Shown: positions 27,080 through 36,907, counted from the first letter of the stretch. The stretch is 64,000 bases of DNA from an uncultured Methanosarcinales archaeon (GCA_964343575.1 CAYFJV010000002.1:395809-459808), one strand, 5' to 3'. Numbers and translations are program-made. Notes: generated by a model from the letters alone, not told the origin.

Positions 27080-28828
27080 ATGGATGATACCATTCGTTTA
27101 GCATTAGAAACCATTGAACAGGGAAAGCAAGCAATTGTTTTTGTAGCCAGTAGAGCAAGTGCTGAGAAGACTGCTGAAGATATTGCAAAATTGCGCCGTG
27201 GTACTGATCCTCGACTTCAAGAGATTGCTTACGCAGCTGAGACCACGCTCTCTGCTCCAACTAAACAATGTATTCGTCTCTCTAAAATTCTTAAATCTGG
27301 CATTGCTTTTCATCATGCAGGGCTTGCCAACAAACAAAAAGAGATGATTGAAGAAGAGTTTCGCAAGGGAACTATCAAGATCATTTGTGCAACACCAACG
27401 CTCGCTGCTGGTCTTTCGCTTCCTGTCTTTCGGGTAATTATCAAAAGCTTGAAGCGTTTTTCTGGAAAATGGGGCATGGATTGGATACCTGTACTTGAGT
27501 ACTTACAAATGGCGGGGCGTGCGGGGCGTCCAGAGTATGAAAAGTTTGGTGAAGCAATAGCTATTGCAAAAAGTGAAAAGGCTAAAGAAGAGATTTACAA
27601 ACGTTACATCTTAGGTGAGCCAGAGGATATTTATTCTAAACTTGCAGTTGAACCAGTACTGCGAACCTACCTTCTCTCACTTATCTCATCTGGAATAATC
27701 AAAGATGAAAAGGAAATGAAAGAGTTCTTTAAGCAAACCTTTTGGGCGGCGCAGTTTAACGATTTTGAAAAGTTAGAAGAGATCATGGAAAAAATGCTTT
27801 CTCTGTTGCATGAGTGGGAGTTTGTGCGTGTTCTTGAAGAGGATGGGAAGGAAACAAGAAAAGAGAACAACACACAAGAAAGCAAAAAAGAAAAAGCAGA
27901 ACAGAAAAAGGAAAAAATAAAGCAAGCAAAAAGCAAAGACATTCTCTCAGAGTTTACCATAGCCAGCAACTTACTCAAAAAACTACGCAGAGAAAAAGGC
28001 ATTCCAGAGCCAGAAAACAATTTCAGTACAGACCAAAAACAAAAAAACCAGAACAGAAAACTCAAAGCTACTCTTATTGGAAGAAGAATCTCACAACTTT
28101 ATCTTGATCCACTCACAGCAAAGCACATCATTGATTGTTTAAACACTGCGCAAGAATTGCAGGGGCGGAATGAAGGGGCCGAGGGGACTGAAGGAGGGAC
28201 AAGCTCTTTTTCTTATTTGCAAATGATTTCTAATACTCTTGAAATGCGCCCTTTGCTGCGTATTAAAAAGAGCGGGGATGATAAACAGCGTGCACAAACT
28301 GCTTTGCTTAGTCACTATGAAGAATTGCTTAGTCCGGAGCCAGAAGTTTATGACATTGATTACTATGATTACATGAACTCGATTAAAACTACACTTTTTT
28401 TTGAAGAATGGATTGATGAAAAACGTGAAGATTATCTCTTTGATCAATTTAGCATTCGTCCAGGGGAAATTCGAGTGAAACTGGAAAATGCAGATTGGTT
28501 GCTTTACGCTGCAGATGAGCTAGCGGTCTTGCTTGGTTTTAAGGAAGTGGGTAAGGAACTTAAACAGTTGCGGGCACGAGTTAAGGTAGGAGCTAGAAAA
28601 GAGTTGCTTGTGTTGCTTAAGGTGAAAGGAATCGGGAGAAGTAGGGCCCGAACCTTGTATAATAATGGAGTTAAATCTCTTGGAGATTTGAAAGCTATTG
28701 ATCTGGCAAGTTTGGCTCAGTTGGTGGGACCAAAAACTGCTGTGAAGATCAAAGAGCAATTGGGCCAGGAAGTGAAGGAAGTTCCTAAAGGTAAGAGAAA
28801 GGGACAGTTGAGTTTAGGGAAATTCTGA
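27080..28828 (+). CDS. hel308: Hel308/Ski2-like helicase C-terminal half (RecA2, winged helix, ratchet and HhH domains) lacking the N-terminal RecA1/DEAD domain, with a K/E-rich insertion
   Basis: Begins at the start of the RecA2 domain (AIVFVASRASAEKTAEDIA). Ski2-type GIAFHHAGL, motifs V and VI (ATPTLAAGLSLP, QMAGRAGRPEYEKFGEAIAI) and a C-terminal HhH (VKGIGRSRARTLYNNGVKSLGDL) are present. No Walker A or B motif. Only about 110 bp separate it from the upstream gene. Confidence 0.75.
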   Translation: MDDTIRLALETIEQGKQAIVFVASRASAEKTAEDIAKLRRGTDPRLQEIAYAAETTLSAPTKQCIRLSKILKSGIAFHHAGLANKQKEMIEEEFRKGTIKIICATPTLAAGLSLPVFRVIIKSLKRFSGKWGMDWIPVLEYLQMAGRAGRPEYEKFGEAIAIAKSEKAKEEIYKRYILGEPEDIYSKLAVEPVLRTYLLSLISSGIIKDEKEMKEFFKQTFWAAQFNDFEKLEEIMEKMLSLLHEWEFVRVLEEDGKETRKENNTQESKKEKAEQKKEKIKQAKSKDILSEFTIASNLLKKLRREKGIPEPENNFSTDQKQKNQNRKLKATLIGRRISQLYLDPLTAKHIIDCLNTAQELQGRNEGAEGTEGGTSSFSYLQMISNTLEMRPLLRIKKSGDDKQRAQTALLSHYEELLSPEPEVYDIDYYDYMNSIKTTLFFEEWIDEKREDYLFDQFSIRPGEIRVKLENADWLLYAADELAVLLGFKEVGKELKQLRARVKVGARKELLVLLKVKGIGRSRARTLYNNGVKSLGDLKAIDLASLAQLVGPKTAVKIKEQLGQEVKEVPKGKRKGQLSLGKF

Positions 28829-28889
28829 GTTAAAAAGCGGGGTCCAAGCAACAGTAAGCTTTATAAAGCACCCCCTCACACAGCCCCCT

Positions 28890-29432
28890 ATGGCAAGAAT
28901 TAGAGCATTCAACGCATACCGAAAGCTTGAGCGACCTTACACTCGGGTAAGTAAGTATAACAAGAAGAACTTTGTACGTGGAGGACGACCTCATTCTAAG
29001 ATCATTAAGTTCGATTTAGGGAATAAAAAAGGAGATTTCACAAGCGTTGTGCGTCTTAACGTTACTAAAGCTATCAATATTCGAAATAATGCTTTAGAGT
29101 CAGCAAGACTTACCTCTAATAGATATTTAGAAAGAAACATTGGTAAGGCTTACCATATGAGGATCAAAGTTTATCCTTTCCACCTCTTGAGGGAGAACCC
29201 TTTGGCGAGTGGAGCGGGTGCTGATCGTATGAGCACTGGTATGAAGAAGTCTTTTGGGAAAATTATTGGTTCTGCTGCGCGTGTTAAGGTTGGACAAACC
29301 ATCATTGAAGTGCGTGTAGACAAAGAGAACATCAAAGCAGCAAAGATTGCTATGGAGCGAGCTTCTAAAAAAGTTCCTTGCTCTTGTAAAATTGAAGTAA
29401 TTGAAGATGCTGCAAAGCCAAAGGCGGCATAA
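28890..29432 (+). CDS. rpl10e: 50S ribosomal protein L10e (uL16)
   Basis: Strong collinear similarity to archaeal/eukaryotic L10e (MARIRAFNAYRKLERPYTR...); about 180 aa; a TTTATAAA box lies about 25 bp upstream. Confidence 0.9.
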   Translation: MARIRAFNAYRKLERPYTRVSKYNKKNFVRGGRPHSKIIKFDLGNKKGDFTSVVRLNVTKAINIRNNALESARLTSNRYLERNIGKAYHMRIKVYPFHLLRENPLASGAGADRMSTGMKKSFGKIIGSAARVKVGQTIIEVRVDKENIKAAKIAMERASKKVPCSCKIEVIEDAAKPKAA

Positions 29433-29469
29433 GTGTTGTTTTGTTTCTTTCCTCTCGCCCTTTCTTACT

Positions 29470-30417
29470 TTATCTTCTCCATCTCTCTTGCATGCGTAAC
29501 TCTTCTTTAATACGTTGGAGTTGCGCGTTTACATGATCCAGTTCTTGAGGGGGTATTGGATGATCTCCTTCTACTTTTGAAGAGATTTTTTTTACTAAAT
29601 CGATTGCAAGATGTTCAATGGGAGTCTCTCTTTTTGCGGGCCCCAGTTTTTTCTTCACCCTGCCAAGGAAACTTTCTGGAGCTTGTGTGGATTGGTCTAG
29701 AAGAGAGTCTATGTGAGCAAGTTCTCTAGCAAAATGCATTTGCTCTGCATTTTTGCTTGGAAGGCGAGTGAACTCTCTTCTTCGTTTCTTTAAAGTAGAG
29801 AAGCTTTCAGCAAGGCTTGTGGGGCTAGTTCTTGGTCTTCCATGAAGATCTTTCTCGACTTCTGCTAGCTTGAAGGCAAATTCTTGATCTTGAGCGAACT
29901 TTTCTTTCATTTTTGGGAAGCGACGTTTGTAAGCTTTGATTTGAGTTTGGAGCTTGCTGAGGTCCTCCTCCAGAATAGTTCTTGCTCTCTCCCTCTCAGA
30001 CATTTCATGCCAAGCGGGAGTTCCATATTCTGTAGAAAGGTCTTTTTGAACAGAGTTAAGTTCTTGATGTAGATAAGCTAACTCTCCGTCAAGGTTGAAC
30101 TTTCTTTTTCTTCCCCAGCGAGCAATGCTTGGTGTAAAGGAATCCTCAATGATGTAGCCTGTCCCTTTTTTTCTTTGTTCTTGCTGAGCTAGGTCTTCTT
30201 TTGCTTGTTCATGAACTGGAAGACTTACTCTTTCTGAGAAAAGATCTCTTGCTTGTAATTCTTGTTCGAGCTTTCTCCACTTCTTGATCTTTTGTACATG
30301 TAAGAAATGTTTGATAATAAGAAAGACGATGATGATAAGAATGATAAGATTTGCCCCAAGAAGCAAAAGGTCTCGTGAAATGTGCTCTAAAGATAAAAGA
30401 CTTTGAAAATCTATCAT
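29470..30417 (-). CDS. hypothetical membrane-anchored coiled-coil protein
   Basis: N-terminal TM helix followed by a charged heptad-rich region. Confidence 0.45.
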   Translation of the reverse strand: MIDFQSLLSLEHISRDLLLLGANLIILIIIVFLIIKHFLHVQKIKKWRKLEQELQARDLFSERVSLPVHEQAKEDLAQQEQRKKGTGYIIEDSFTPSIARWGRKRKFNLDGELAYLHQELNSVQKDLSTEYGTPAWHEMSERERARTILEEDLSKLQTQIKAYKRRFPKMKEKFAQDQEFAFKLAEVEKDLHGRPRTSPTSLAESFSTLKKRRREFTRLPSKNAEQMHFARELAHIDSLLDQSTQAPESFLGRVKKKLGPAKRETPIEHLAIDLVKKISSKVEGDHPIPPQELDHVNAQLQRIKEELRMQERWRR

Positions 30418-30520
30418 AATTCTATCACTCAGAGGAGGACTCTTTTTTTCCTTATTAAAACTTACTCTTGCAGACTCTTTTTGTGAGAAGGGCTTAGGAC
30501 TTGGTTTTTCCCAAATTAAA

Positions 30521-31180
30521 TTATTTGATCCCTAATTTATGTAATTTTCTGCTCACCGTCTCTGGGCGAAGCTTAATTTTCTCGGCAATCCTTTTTACTC
30601 TTCCTTGCTCGGTTTGGTAATGGTAACTTAAGAATTCTTTCTCAAAATGACTCTCCGCTTGTTTCCAAGTCATTTCTTTGTGAGGAAGCTGGGTTGCAAT
30701 ATCCTTTGAGAGGCGAGGGAGTTCTTGGTAAATTTTTTCAATCATATCTCCTTGAAGCAAATTTTTGTATTGTTCTAGTGTGCTGCGAATGGTGTTTGTA
30801 ACTTCTCTTGCTTCAACACTTTCTTGGATTTCTTCTTTCTCTTCTCTGCTTTTTGCTTTTCTCATCTCTATACCTAGTTCTCTGATTGCACGATGAATAG
30901 ATCTTCTGTCAAGACCAATGAACTTGGCGAGTTGAGAAATATTCCCTGCATGTCTTGCAAGTTCTCTCTCGATGAATGACTTTTTGAACCAACGCTTGGC
31001 TTCTGCAAAAGGAGAATTGAAGTGAATGAAAGTATCAAGATTTTCTTTTTTGAGTTTATCGGTGATATCTTCTTCAATCTTTGGAATCACAACACCCCAA
31101 TTTTTTTCCATACTTTCTTCTATCATTGGAGCTACTTTTTTCTCTACAACTTCCTCAAGACTTTCTTGTTGCTTTTCCAT
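30521..31180 (-). CDS. DNA-binding protein with two Fis-type HTH (HTH_8) motifs and no AAA+ domain
   Basis: Two C-terminal-type Fis/NtrC HTH signatures: ERELARHAGNISQLAKFIGLDRRSIHRAIRELGI and GRVKRIAEKIKLRPETVSRKLHKLGIK. Confidence 0.55.
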   Translation of the reverse strand: MEKQQESLEEVVEKKVAPMIEESMEKNWGVVIPKIEEDITDKLKKENLDTFIHFNSPFAEAKRWFKKSFIERELARHAGNISQLAKFIGLDRRSIHRAIRELGIEMRKAKSREEKEEIQESVEAREVTNTIRSTLEQYKNLLQGDMIEKIYQELPRLSKDIATQLPHKEMTWKQAESHFEKEFLSYHYQTEQGRVKRIAEKIKLRPETVSRKLHKLGIK

Positions 31181-31195
31181 TTTTTCCCTTAGACT

Positions 31196-31513
31196 TTAAT
31201 CTAGAGTTTTTTCCTTCCTTTTCTTTTCTCTTTTTTGTTTTTCCTTCTTTTGGTCAATAATGAAGAGGGTCGTTTGTAAAGTGCTTAGAAAGAAGAAAAG
31301 ACTTCCTGAAAGATAGAGGTACTCTTGGCTTTTCTCGCTTAGGATACTTAAGGTCATTGATGCAATAAAAAGAGCAAGTATGATGTTTCTGGCAATCGTA
31401 AAGTATTTCTTTCCTTCTTCTAGCTCTTCTTCAGCAAGAAAAGCAAGAATATAACCTACGGCGATTCCTAAAAGGAAGGCGAGTACGAAGAAGAGTATTA
31501 TTGTGCTTACCAT
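31196..31513 (-). CDS. small hypothetical membrane protein
   Basis: 105-aa ORF with 3 hydrophobic segments and a K/E-rich tail. Confidence 0.3.
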   Translation of the reverse strand: MVSTIILFFVLAFLLGIAVGYILAFLAEEELEEGKKYFTIARNIILALFIASMTLSILSEKSQEYLYLSGSLFFFLSTLQTTLFIIDQKKEKQKREKKRKEKTLD

Positions 31514-31553
31514 CTTTTCACCACTTTTGTTTACTCATTTGATTACTTATTTC

Positions 31554-32657
31554 TTACTTAATGACTTTGCTTTCTTTAAGTTCTCTTTCAAACTCTTTGA
31601 GAAAGCGAGGCCAATCATCTTTTGCAATAACTGCACCACAGGCATTGAAGTGTCCTCCGCCTCTTCCTTCAACTCCCTCTAAGGCTTTTTTAAGAGGATC
31701 AAGAATGTTTGCGCCAACCTTTGCTCTCAGACTTGCCTTTATTTTCCCATCATGTTTTCTAGCAATAATTACTACTTTATCTTGGTTGAAAGCGGTGAGC
31801 TCATTAGCTAAGTTTGCAGTGAAAGACCACTTTCTGTCCTGATACTCATAGATGATAAATGGCTTGTTTTTTTTAATTTGTTTTTTTGCATCAGCGAGCA
31901 CTTCTTCGTACTCTCTATTGACCTTGGCAAACTTCTTGTAAACGAATTTTCCTGCAGGACTGCTTTGATTTAAAATTTCATAAGGAGATTTTACTTTTCG
32001 TAATGCACTTATGCTCTTCTTTGCTTCGCTTGAGCTGCCCTTAAGGATAAAGAAAAAGAGTTTTACTAGAATTCCAATCTTATTCTTGAAAAGAGCTGTG
32101 CTGATGTCTGCATCTTTATCCATGAGATCAGGATAGGCTTTGATGAACTTGTCTTTGAAGTTTGGGATATGGAAGTCGGCAAGGCAGCCAACCATGGCAA
32201 TCCAAAGATCCTCTTTCTTTCTCTCTGAGATTTGGAAAGCCATTCTTGTCGTTGGAATGTAGGCATGCGGATCTTTTTTTCTTGGATTGTAATATTTTAC
32301 CTTTTTTCTTTCCAAGGGTTGGTGGTGATCAATCCAATACACGGGAACTTTTACATCATCAATAAAATCTTGATCAACTCTAGAAATGTCTAAAACAAAA
32401 ACTGCATCAAAGAGATATTGGTTAATCTTTGGAATAAAAGAGCTGTCTAAAAGATGGGAAGTTCTTAAAGGAACTCCTTTTCCTTCTTGTTTATAACGGT
32501 ATAAAAGAAGGTAGGAAGAGAGCCCGTCTCCATCGTTGTCGTGGATGAAAAGTGGGCTCTTAATCTCTTGAAGCTTTTTTCTTAAGAAGCCAATTTCCTT
32601 GTTTGTGAGCATTGCTTTTGGTATCCTTTGCTTGTTTTTAAATGCTTTTCCTGGCAA
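31554..32657 (-). CDS. DHH-family phosphoesterase with DHHA1 domain (archaeal RecJ/GAN- or NrnA-like)
   Basis: Motifs HDNDGDGLSS, DHHQ and C-terminal GRGGGHFNACGA (DHHA1 GGGH). Confidence 0.75.
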   Translation of the reverse strand: MPGKAFKNKQRIPKAMLTNKEIGFLRKKLQEIKSPLFIHDNDGDGLSSYLLLYRYKQEGKGVPLRTSHLLDSSFIPKINQYLFDAVFVLDISRVDQDFIDDVKVPVYWIDHHQPLERKKVKYYNPRKKDPHAYIPTTRMAFQISERKKEDLWIAMVGCLADFHIPNFKDKFIKAYPDLMDKDADISTALFKNKIGILVKLFFFILKGSSSEAKKSISALRKVKSPYEILNQSSPAGKFVYKKFAKVNREYEEVLADAKKQIKKNKPFIIYEYQDRKWSFTANLANELTAFNQDKVVIIARKHDGKIKASLRAKVGANILDPLKKALEGVEGRGGGHFNACGAVIAKDDWPRFLKEFERELKESKVIK

Positions 32658-33607
32658 GCTTTAAAAATGGTTGTCTGAATTTTTTGGGAAGAATGATCCA
32701 AGAACTTAACAGTATTACGGCAGGCGTGATTGAGAGGTACCTTGAGATAAGTGTACCTCACTGCCTTTCGGGAAGACTTCCAGATATACATGGAGAAGGA
32801 GTAGCCAAACTGAGTTATGGTACTGGGATTAACCTTAATGGGCCACAACATGTTTCTCCAACGAGGGTAGCTTATGTGCGGGTGGGTGACCGGGTTTTTG
32901 TTGATTCCTGCTATCGTGAAAGGATGGAGAAGGTTCTTGGAGATTGTAGCAAATCTGTCTTGTATTTAGAACACTTTGATTCAATTCTTGGTTGGGGTCA
33001 CGAACATATGGCTTACTCTTCTTTGATGGCGAGGGCTACTCGCTCTGCAATGATGTTTGGGTCTCATGTTTTAGATCTTGGAGCGGGAGATGGCCTTGCT
33101 AGCCTTGTTGCTCTTAGTAGTGGAGCTTCTCGGGTTATAGCAGTTGATAGAGATGAAGAGCCTTTAGAAAAGATGAGAAGACACCTTCAAGCGAATGATT
33201 TTGATTTGGGGGGAGTTCGCCAGCTTTGTTATGATATTACTGATCCCTCTCTTGAGGAAGCACTTGTTGGTGAACAGCCACACATTGTGCTTGCTAACAT
33301 TGGAAAAAACCAGTATCCTGGAGATCCTAGTTCTTCTGCAATTGCTCTTGCAGGAAAGATGCCTTCTGTTTTTACTTTTGTTGGAAGTGGTTATGCCAGG
33401 GGATGCAAACATGACCCACAAGAAGATTTAGATGCTTTGGCTGCTTATGGTTTTAGATCAGTAAGGTTTTTTGAGTTTGTTGCTCCTCCCCATGCGGCTG
33501 ATGCTGGAAAGGTTCTGCTTTCTTTTGTTGCCACTCGTCCAAGAAGGAGGATTGGAGTAAATAGAAAGAACAGAGGAGATAGAGGGAATAATGGAAATAG
33601 AGGATAG
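32642..33607 (+). CDS. class I SAM-dependent methyltransferase (PrmA-like) with an RG-rich C-terminal tail; true start probably downstream of the listed one
   Basis: Motif I VLDLGAGDGLASLVALSSGASRVIAVDRDEEPL; the listed start overlaps the upstream convergent gene. Confidence 0.55.
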   Translation: MLFLASFKNGCLNFLGRMIQELNSITAGVIERYLEISVPHCLSGRLPDIHGEGVAKLSYGTGINLNGPQHVSPTRVAYVRVGDRVFVDSCYRERMEKVLGDCSKSVLYLEHFDSILGWGHEHMAYSSLMARATRSAMMFGSHVLDLGAGDGLASLVALSSGASRVIAVDRDEEPLEKMRRHLQANDFDLGGVRQLCYDITDPSLEEALVGEQPHIVLANIGKNQYPGDPSSSAIALAGKMPSVFTFVGSGYARGCKHDPQEDLDALAAYGFRSVRFFEFVAPPHAADAGKVLLSFVATRPRRRIGVNRKNRGDRGNNGNRG

Positions 33608-33658
33608 GCTGAAAGAGGATTAGAAAACTTTATATCTTCTTTTTTCTCTTCACTTTTT

Positions 33659-34123
33659 ATGAAAACAAAAAAAATTAATCTTAAAAGAGCTCTTGGTATC
33701 GGGCTTGTTGCTTACATTGCTTCTTTTTTCATTGGCATCTTAACTGCGGTGCTTGTTGGTATTAATTTGGGAGTTGAGAGTGAAGTTCCGGCCTTAGTTT
33801 GGCAAATTGGTTTAGTAAGTACTTTGTTGATTGGCCTTGTTTTTGGTGGATGGTATTTTGCTGGAAAGAAAACTGGAAAAGGATTACAGGAAGGAGGTTT
33901 GCTTGGTCTTTGTTTTATCGCCGTTGGATTTGTAATAGATTTTGTGCTTATTATCCCTTACATTATTGTTAGTGGTGCGCCCTCAGATGTTTGGGCTTAC
34001 TATTTGAGTCCTTACTTTTGGGGATCTTTGTTTTTGCTGCTTGTTGCTACTAGCTTTGTTGGTTGGTGGAAAGAAAAGCAGGGCAAGAAATGGCTCGGTT
34101 TTATGTTTTCTTCCAAATCCTAG
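33659..34123 (+). CDS. hypothetical polytopic membrane protein
   Basis: 154 aa, 4 hydrophobic segments. Confidence 0.45.
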   Translation: MKTKKINLKRALGIGLVAYIASFFIGILTAVLVGINLGVESEVPALVWQIGLVSTLLIGLVFGGWYFAGKKTGKGLQEGGLLGLCFIAVGFVIDFVLIIPYIIVSGAPSDVWAYYLSPYFWGSLFLLLVATSFVGWWKEKQGKKWLGFMFSSKS

Positions 34124-34214
34124 TGTCTTGATTTTTTGATTTTTTTCTTCGTTTTTTATTCTTTTTTCACTATTTTTAGAAAGATTTTAAAAGAATTCGT
34201 CGATTTTTCATGTT

Positions 34215-34688
34215 GTGGAAAGTCTTCGAATTGTTGAGTCTGGATTTGTTGGAAAAGATGGTTTAGTAGTTTATCTTTCTAATGGCTCAGGAACACGTGT
34301 CTTTACTTTAAACAAGGGAACCTTTGGTACCAGGTGGGAGGATTACGTTGATAGGGCTGGTCTTTATGATCATTCTGACGGTACTCTTCTTGCCGCCCTT
34401 ATTAGACCACTTCCAGGTAATTTGTTGCGAACTTTCTGGTCGGGGGGCAGGGTTTCTCAAAGGGAGTTTGCGGCTTATTGGAGTAGAGGAGGAGATGCTT
34501 GTGCCTCATTGTCTAGTGAGACTGAAGCAATCGTTTGGTGGAGACATTTTTTGAGGAGTGATGGTTACCAAATCGCTGGAAGTCTTGAAAGGGCAGAGAT
34601 TCCTTCAGATGAAGCTTTGCATGGTTTCCCTCCTAGTTTGGGAGAGAACACTCTTTATCAGCAATATCTTTGCCTTAGGGAAGGCTAG
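34215..34688 (+). CDS. hypothetical protein
   Basis: 157-aa ORF, no recognised motif. Confidence 0.4.
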   Translation: MESLRIVESGFVGKDGLVVYLSNGSGTRVFTLNKGTFGTRWEDYVDRAGLYDHSDGTLLAALIRPLPGNLLRTFWSGGRVSQREFAAYWSRGGDACASLSSETEAIVWWRHFLRSDGYQIAGSLERAEIPSDEALHGFPPSLGENTLYQQYLCLREG

Positions 34689-35152
34689 TCTTTGAACTGG
34701 TAAGAAAGTAAGTTATACTCTTCTGTGTTATAGAATTTGATCTCTTTCTCATGCTCAAGCACAAAGTATCTTATGCCTGTTTCAAGTGCTAATTTGCTGC
34801 ACACCGTACAATAAGGCTGCCCTGCTTTTGTTGCTTTGTTGTTCTTGTCAATACGCATGAAATAGAGTGTTGCACCTTGGACTTTGTCTGGGTGTTTTTT
34901 GAGTGCATCAAGAATGGCTCGTTGCTCAGCATGGATACAACAAGTCTTATCGCTTACTTTTCTGTGCAGTTTTGTTTTGTCTTCTTGGCATCTGCGTTGA
35001 GCTTCAAGATGTTGAGGTGGGGAGTTGAAACCAATGCCAATAATTTTGTTGTCCTTGACGATGATGCTACCACACTTTGCTCTTTGACAAGTTGCAAGCT
35101 GTGCTATTTCTGCTGCTTGATCTAAGAAGTGTTTTGCTTGACTTTCTCGCAT
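34685..35152 (-). CDS. dCMP/cytidine deaminase family zinc enzyme (deoxycytidylate deaminase-like)
   Basis: Zinc-binding motifs HAEQRAI and PCTVCSK (H.E ... PC..C). Confidence 0.75.
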   Translation of the reverse strand: MRESQAKHFLDQAAEIAQLATCQRAKCGSIIVKDNKIIGIGFNSPPQHLEAQRRCQEDKTKLHRKVSDKTCCIHAEQRAILDALKKHPDKVQGATLYFMRIDKNNKATKAGQPYCTVCSKLALETGIRYFVLEHEKEIKFYNTEEYNLLSYQFKD

Positions 35153-35283
35153 TGCTGTTTTTCTTTTTCTCTTGATTATATGTTTTGTTATCTTTGGGCA
35201 TTATCTTTAGGCAGTTCTGAAGAGCACTGGCCACAGGACAGTTTTGGTGAGCAATTAAATAGCTTATTTTTTTTAGTTTAGTT

Positions 35284-35742
35284 ATGGAATTAGATGTTTA
35301 CGGCTCAAAAAAAGAGGAGCTTATTGCTCTTACTTCAGAAGAGATACTTCATTTTTTTTCTCAAATCCGTAATCGAAAACAGCGACTTTTGTTAATTCTT
35401 CATTATGCAACTGGAATGGCACTGGAAGAGATATTGCAGCTTCGAGCAGGGGCTCTTTGCAGCGCTTATGGTTTTGCTTGGGTGCAAGGGAGAAGAGGAG
35501 AAGTACTTTATCTAAGTCCCAAATTACATATTGCCTTGGAAGAGTGGGTATTTCTTCAGCAACTTCATCAGGATGATTTTCTTTTTCCTTTGCGCCAGAG
35601 TGAACTTCGTGATTTTTTCTCTTTTGAGAGACATTTAGCTTTGCTTCGTAGGCGAGCTGGCTTTTCTGAAGATCTGGTAGAAGATAGCTTTCGGGAGGCT
35701 GCTCGAAAGTACCTTCTTGAACAAGGATATTGTTGTCTTTAG
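35284..35742 (+). CDS. tyrosine-recombinase-like C-terminal fragment with degenerate catalytic residues (probable integrase remnant or pseudo-recombinase)
   Basis: LILHYATGMALEEILQLR resembles box I but lacks the conserved Arg; HLALLRRRAGFSEDLV...ARKYL resembles box II with His and Tyr present but the HxxR Arg replaced; only 152 aa. Confidence 0.45.
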   Translation: MELDVYGSKKEELIALTSEEILHFFSQIRNRKQRLLLILHYATGMALEEILQLRAGALCSAYGFAWVQGRRGEVLYLSPKLHIALEEWVFLQQLHQDDFLFPLRQSELRDFFSFERHLALLRRRAGFSEDLVEDSFREAARKYLLEQGYCCL

Positions 35743-35782
35743 GTGCTTGTAAAATGGCTTGGAGATGGAGGAGGATTTATAA

Positions 35783-36841
35783 ATGAGATCCAATTCCAAG
35801 GAAGGGATGGTTGTTGAAACTTCTTACGCACTAAAAACTGAAGCTAAAAGTAGTCCAGGCTATGCTCTTGCGACAAGAGATAGTGTTAAAAATCCAATTG
35901 ATGTGGACATAGCTACTGGAAGGGACCTTTACGAGGTTCTCGGTTTGAGTAAGAGTGCGACTCCTACTGAAATTAAGAAAGCTTACCGGGCCCAGGCAAG
36001 AAGATTTCATCCAGACACTAATCCTGACAACCCTTATGCTAATGCAAACTTTAAGAGAGTAAGTGAAGCTTACGAGGTTCTTTCTGATCCTGAGAGGAGA
36101 ACTCTTTATGATGAGCTGGGGGCAAAGAACGAAAGAGAGGCTGCCCAGAGAAGAGCTTCTCAAGCAGGGCAAACTCAGCGAGCTAATCCAGGAACTAATG
36201 CTCCTCGAGCTGATGCCCCTCGAACTGGTGCTTACGGAACTTCAGGCTCTCCTCGATCGTCCAACAGAGCAAAGGCTGGTAGAAGGAGTGCTAGATCTTC
36301 AAGAAGTTCTTGGAACCCAAGTGTTGATTTTGATACTTCTTCAGCTTATGATGCTGATGATTTTTCAGATTCCAGCGAGTGGGGTACATGGGATAACATT
36401 TATGGAGCCCATTCTTCAGGTTCTTCCAACTTTGGTTGGGGATGGACTTCTGGTTTAGGAAGTAGAACAAACTCTTCTAGAACCGTTCGAGCTAACTATG
36501 CTCCTCGTGTGAGTTCTCTTGAACAAGGGATTGGCGCGTGGGCAACTGGTGCTGAGCAGGGAATGGCAGCTACTGCTGGGATGGGAGCTAGTCCAACTTT
36601 AGTCTATGGGTCACTTTTGAGTCAACTTATTGATTTAGCGATTACTTACCGTGTTGTTGGCCAAGCTTATGGTGTAGATATTCGTATTGCTGGAACTGAA
36701 AACCTCTATGGAGTTGTTGGTGTGGCAGTTGATTCAGAAACTCAAAGAGGGGCTTATGTTGTAGCTTCTCTTGATGATATTGTTGATGCTCATTTGCAGG
36801 CAGCTAATACAAACGAGTGGTTTGGGCGAAAAGTTGCTTGA
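35783..36841 (+). CDS. J-domain protein with a non-canonical architecture (no G/F plus Zn-finger DnaJ region; long S/G/R-rich low-complexity segment)
   Basis: J domain [37 protein letters not shown] with the HPD motif; the rest of the protein is unlike DnaJ. Confidence 0.75.
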   Translation: MRSNSKEGMVVETSYALKTEAKSSPGYALATRDSVKNPIDVDIATGRDLYEVLGLSKSATPTEIKKAYRAQARRFHPDTNPDNPYANANFKRVSEAYEVLSDPERRTLYDELGAKNEREAAQRRASQAGQTQRANPGTNAPRADAPRTGAYGTSGSPRSSNRAKAGRRSARSSRSSWNPSVDFDTSSAYDADDFSDSSEWGTWDNIYGAHSSGSSNFGWGWTSGLGSRTNSSRTVRANYAPRVSSLEQGIGAWATGAEQGMAATAGMGASPTLVYGSLLSQLIDLAITYRVVGQAYGVDIRIAGTENLYGVVGVAVDSETQRGAYVVASLDDIVDAHLQAANTNEWFGRKVA

Positions 36842-36907
36842 GGCTTTTTATTTTCTTAGCATAGTTTTCTAGATACTTTTATTAAGAAAAATTTCTTCTT
36901 TTCTTTT

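Noticed and set aside
26349-27087. ORF 26349..27059 (-) and 26830..27087 (+) with poly-Lys or poly-Phe stretches
   Set aside because: They are translations of the CT-rich terminator tract and antisense of the adhesin 3' end, not genes.
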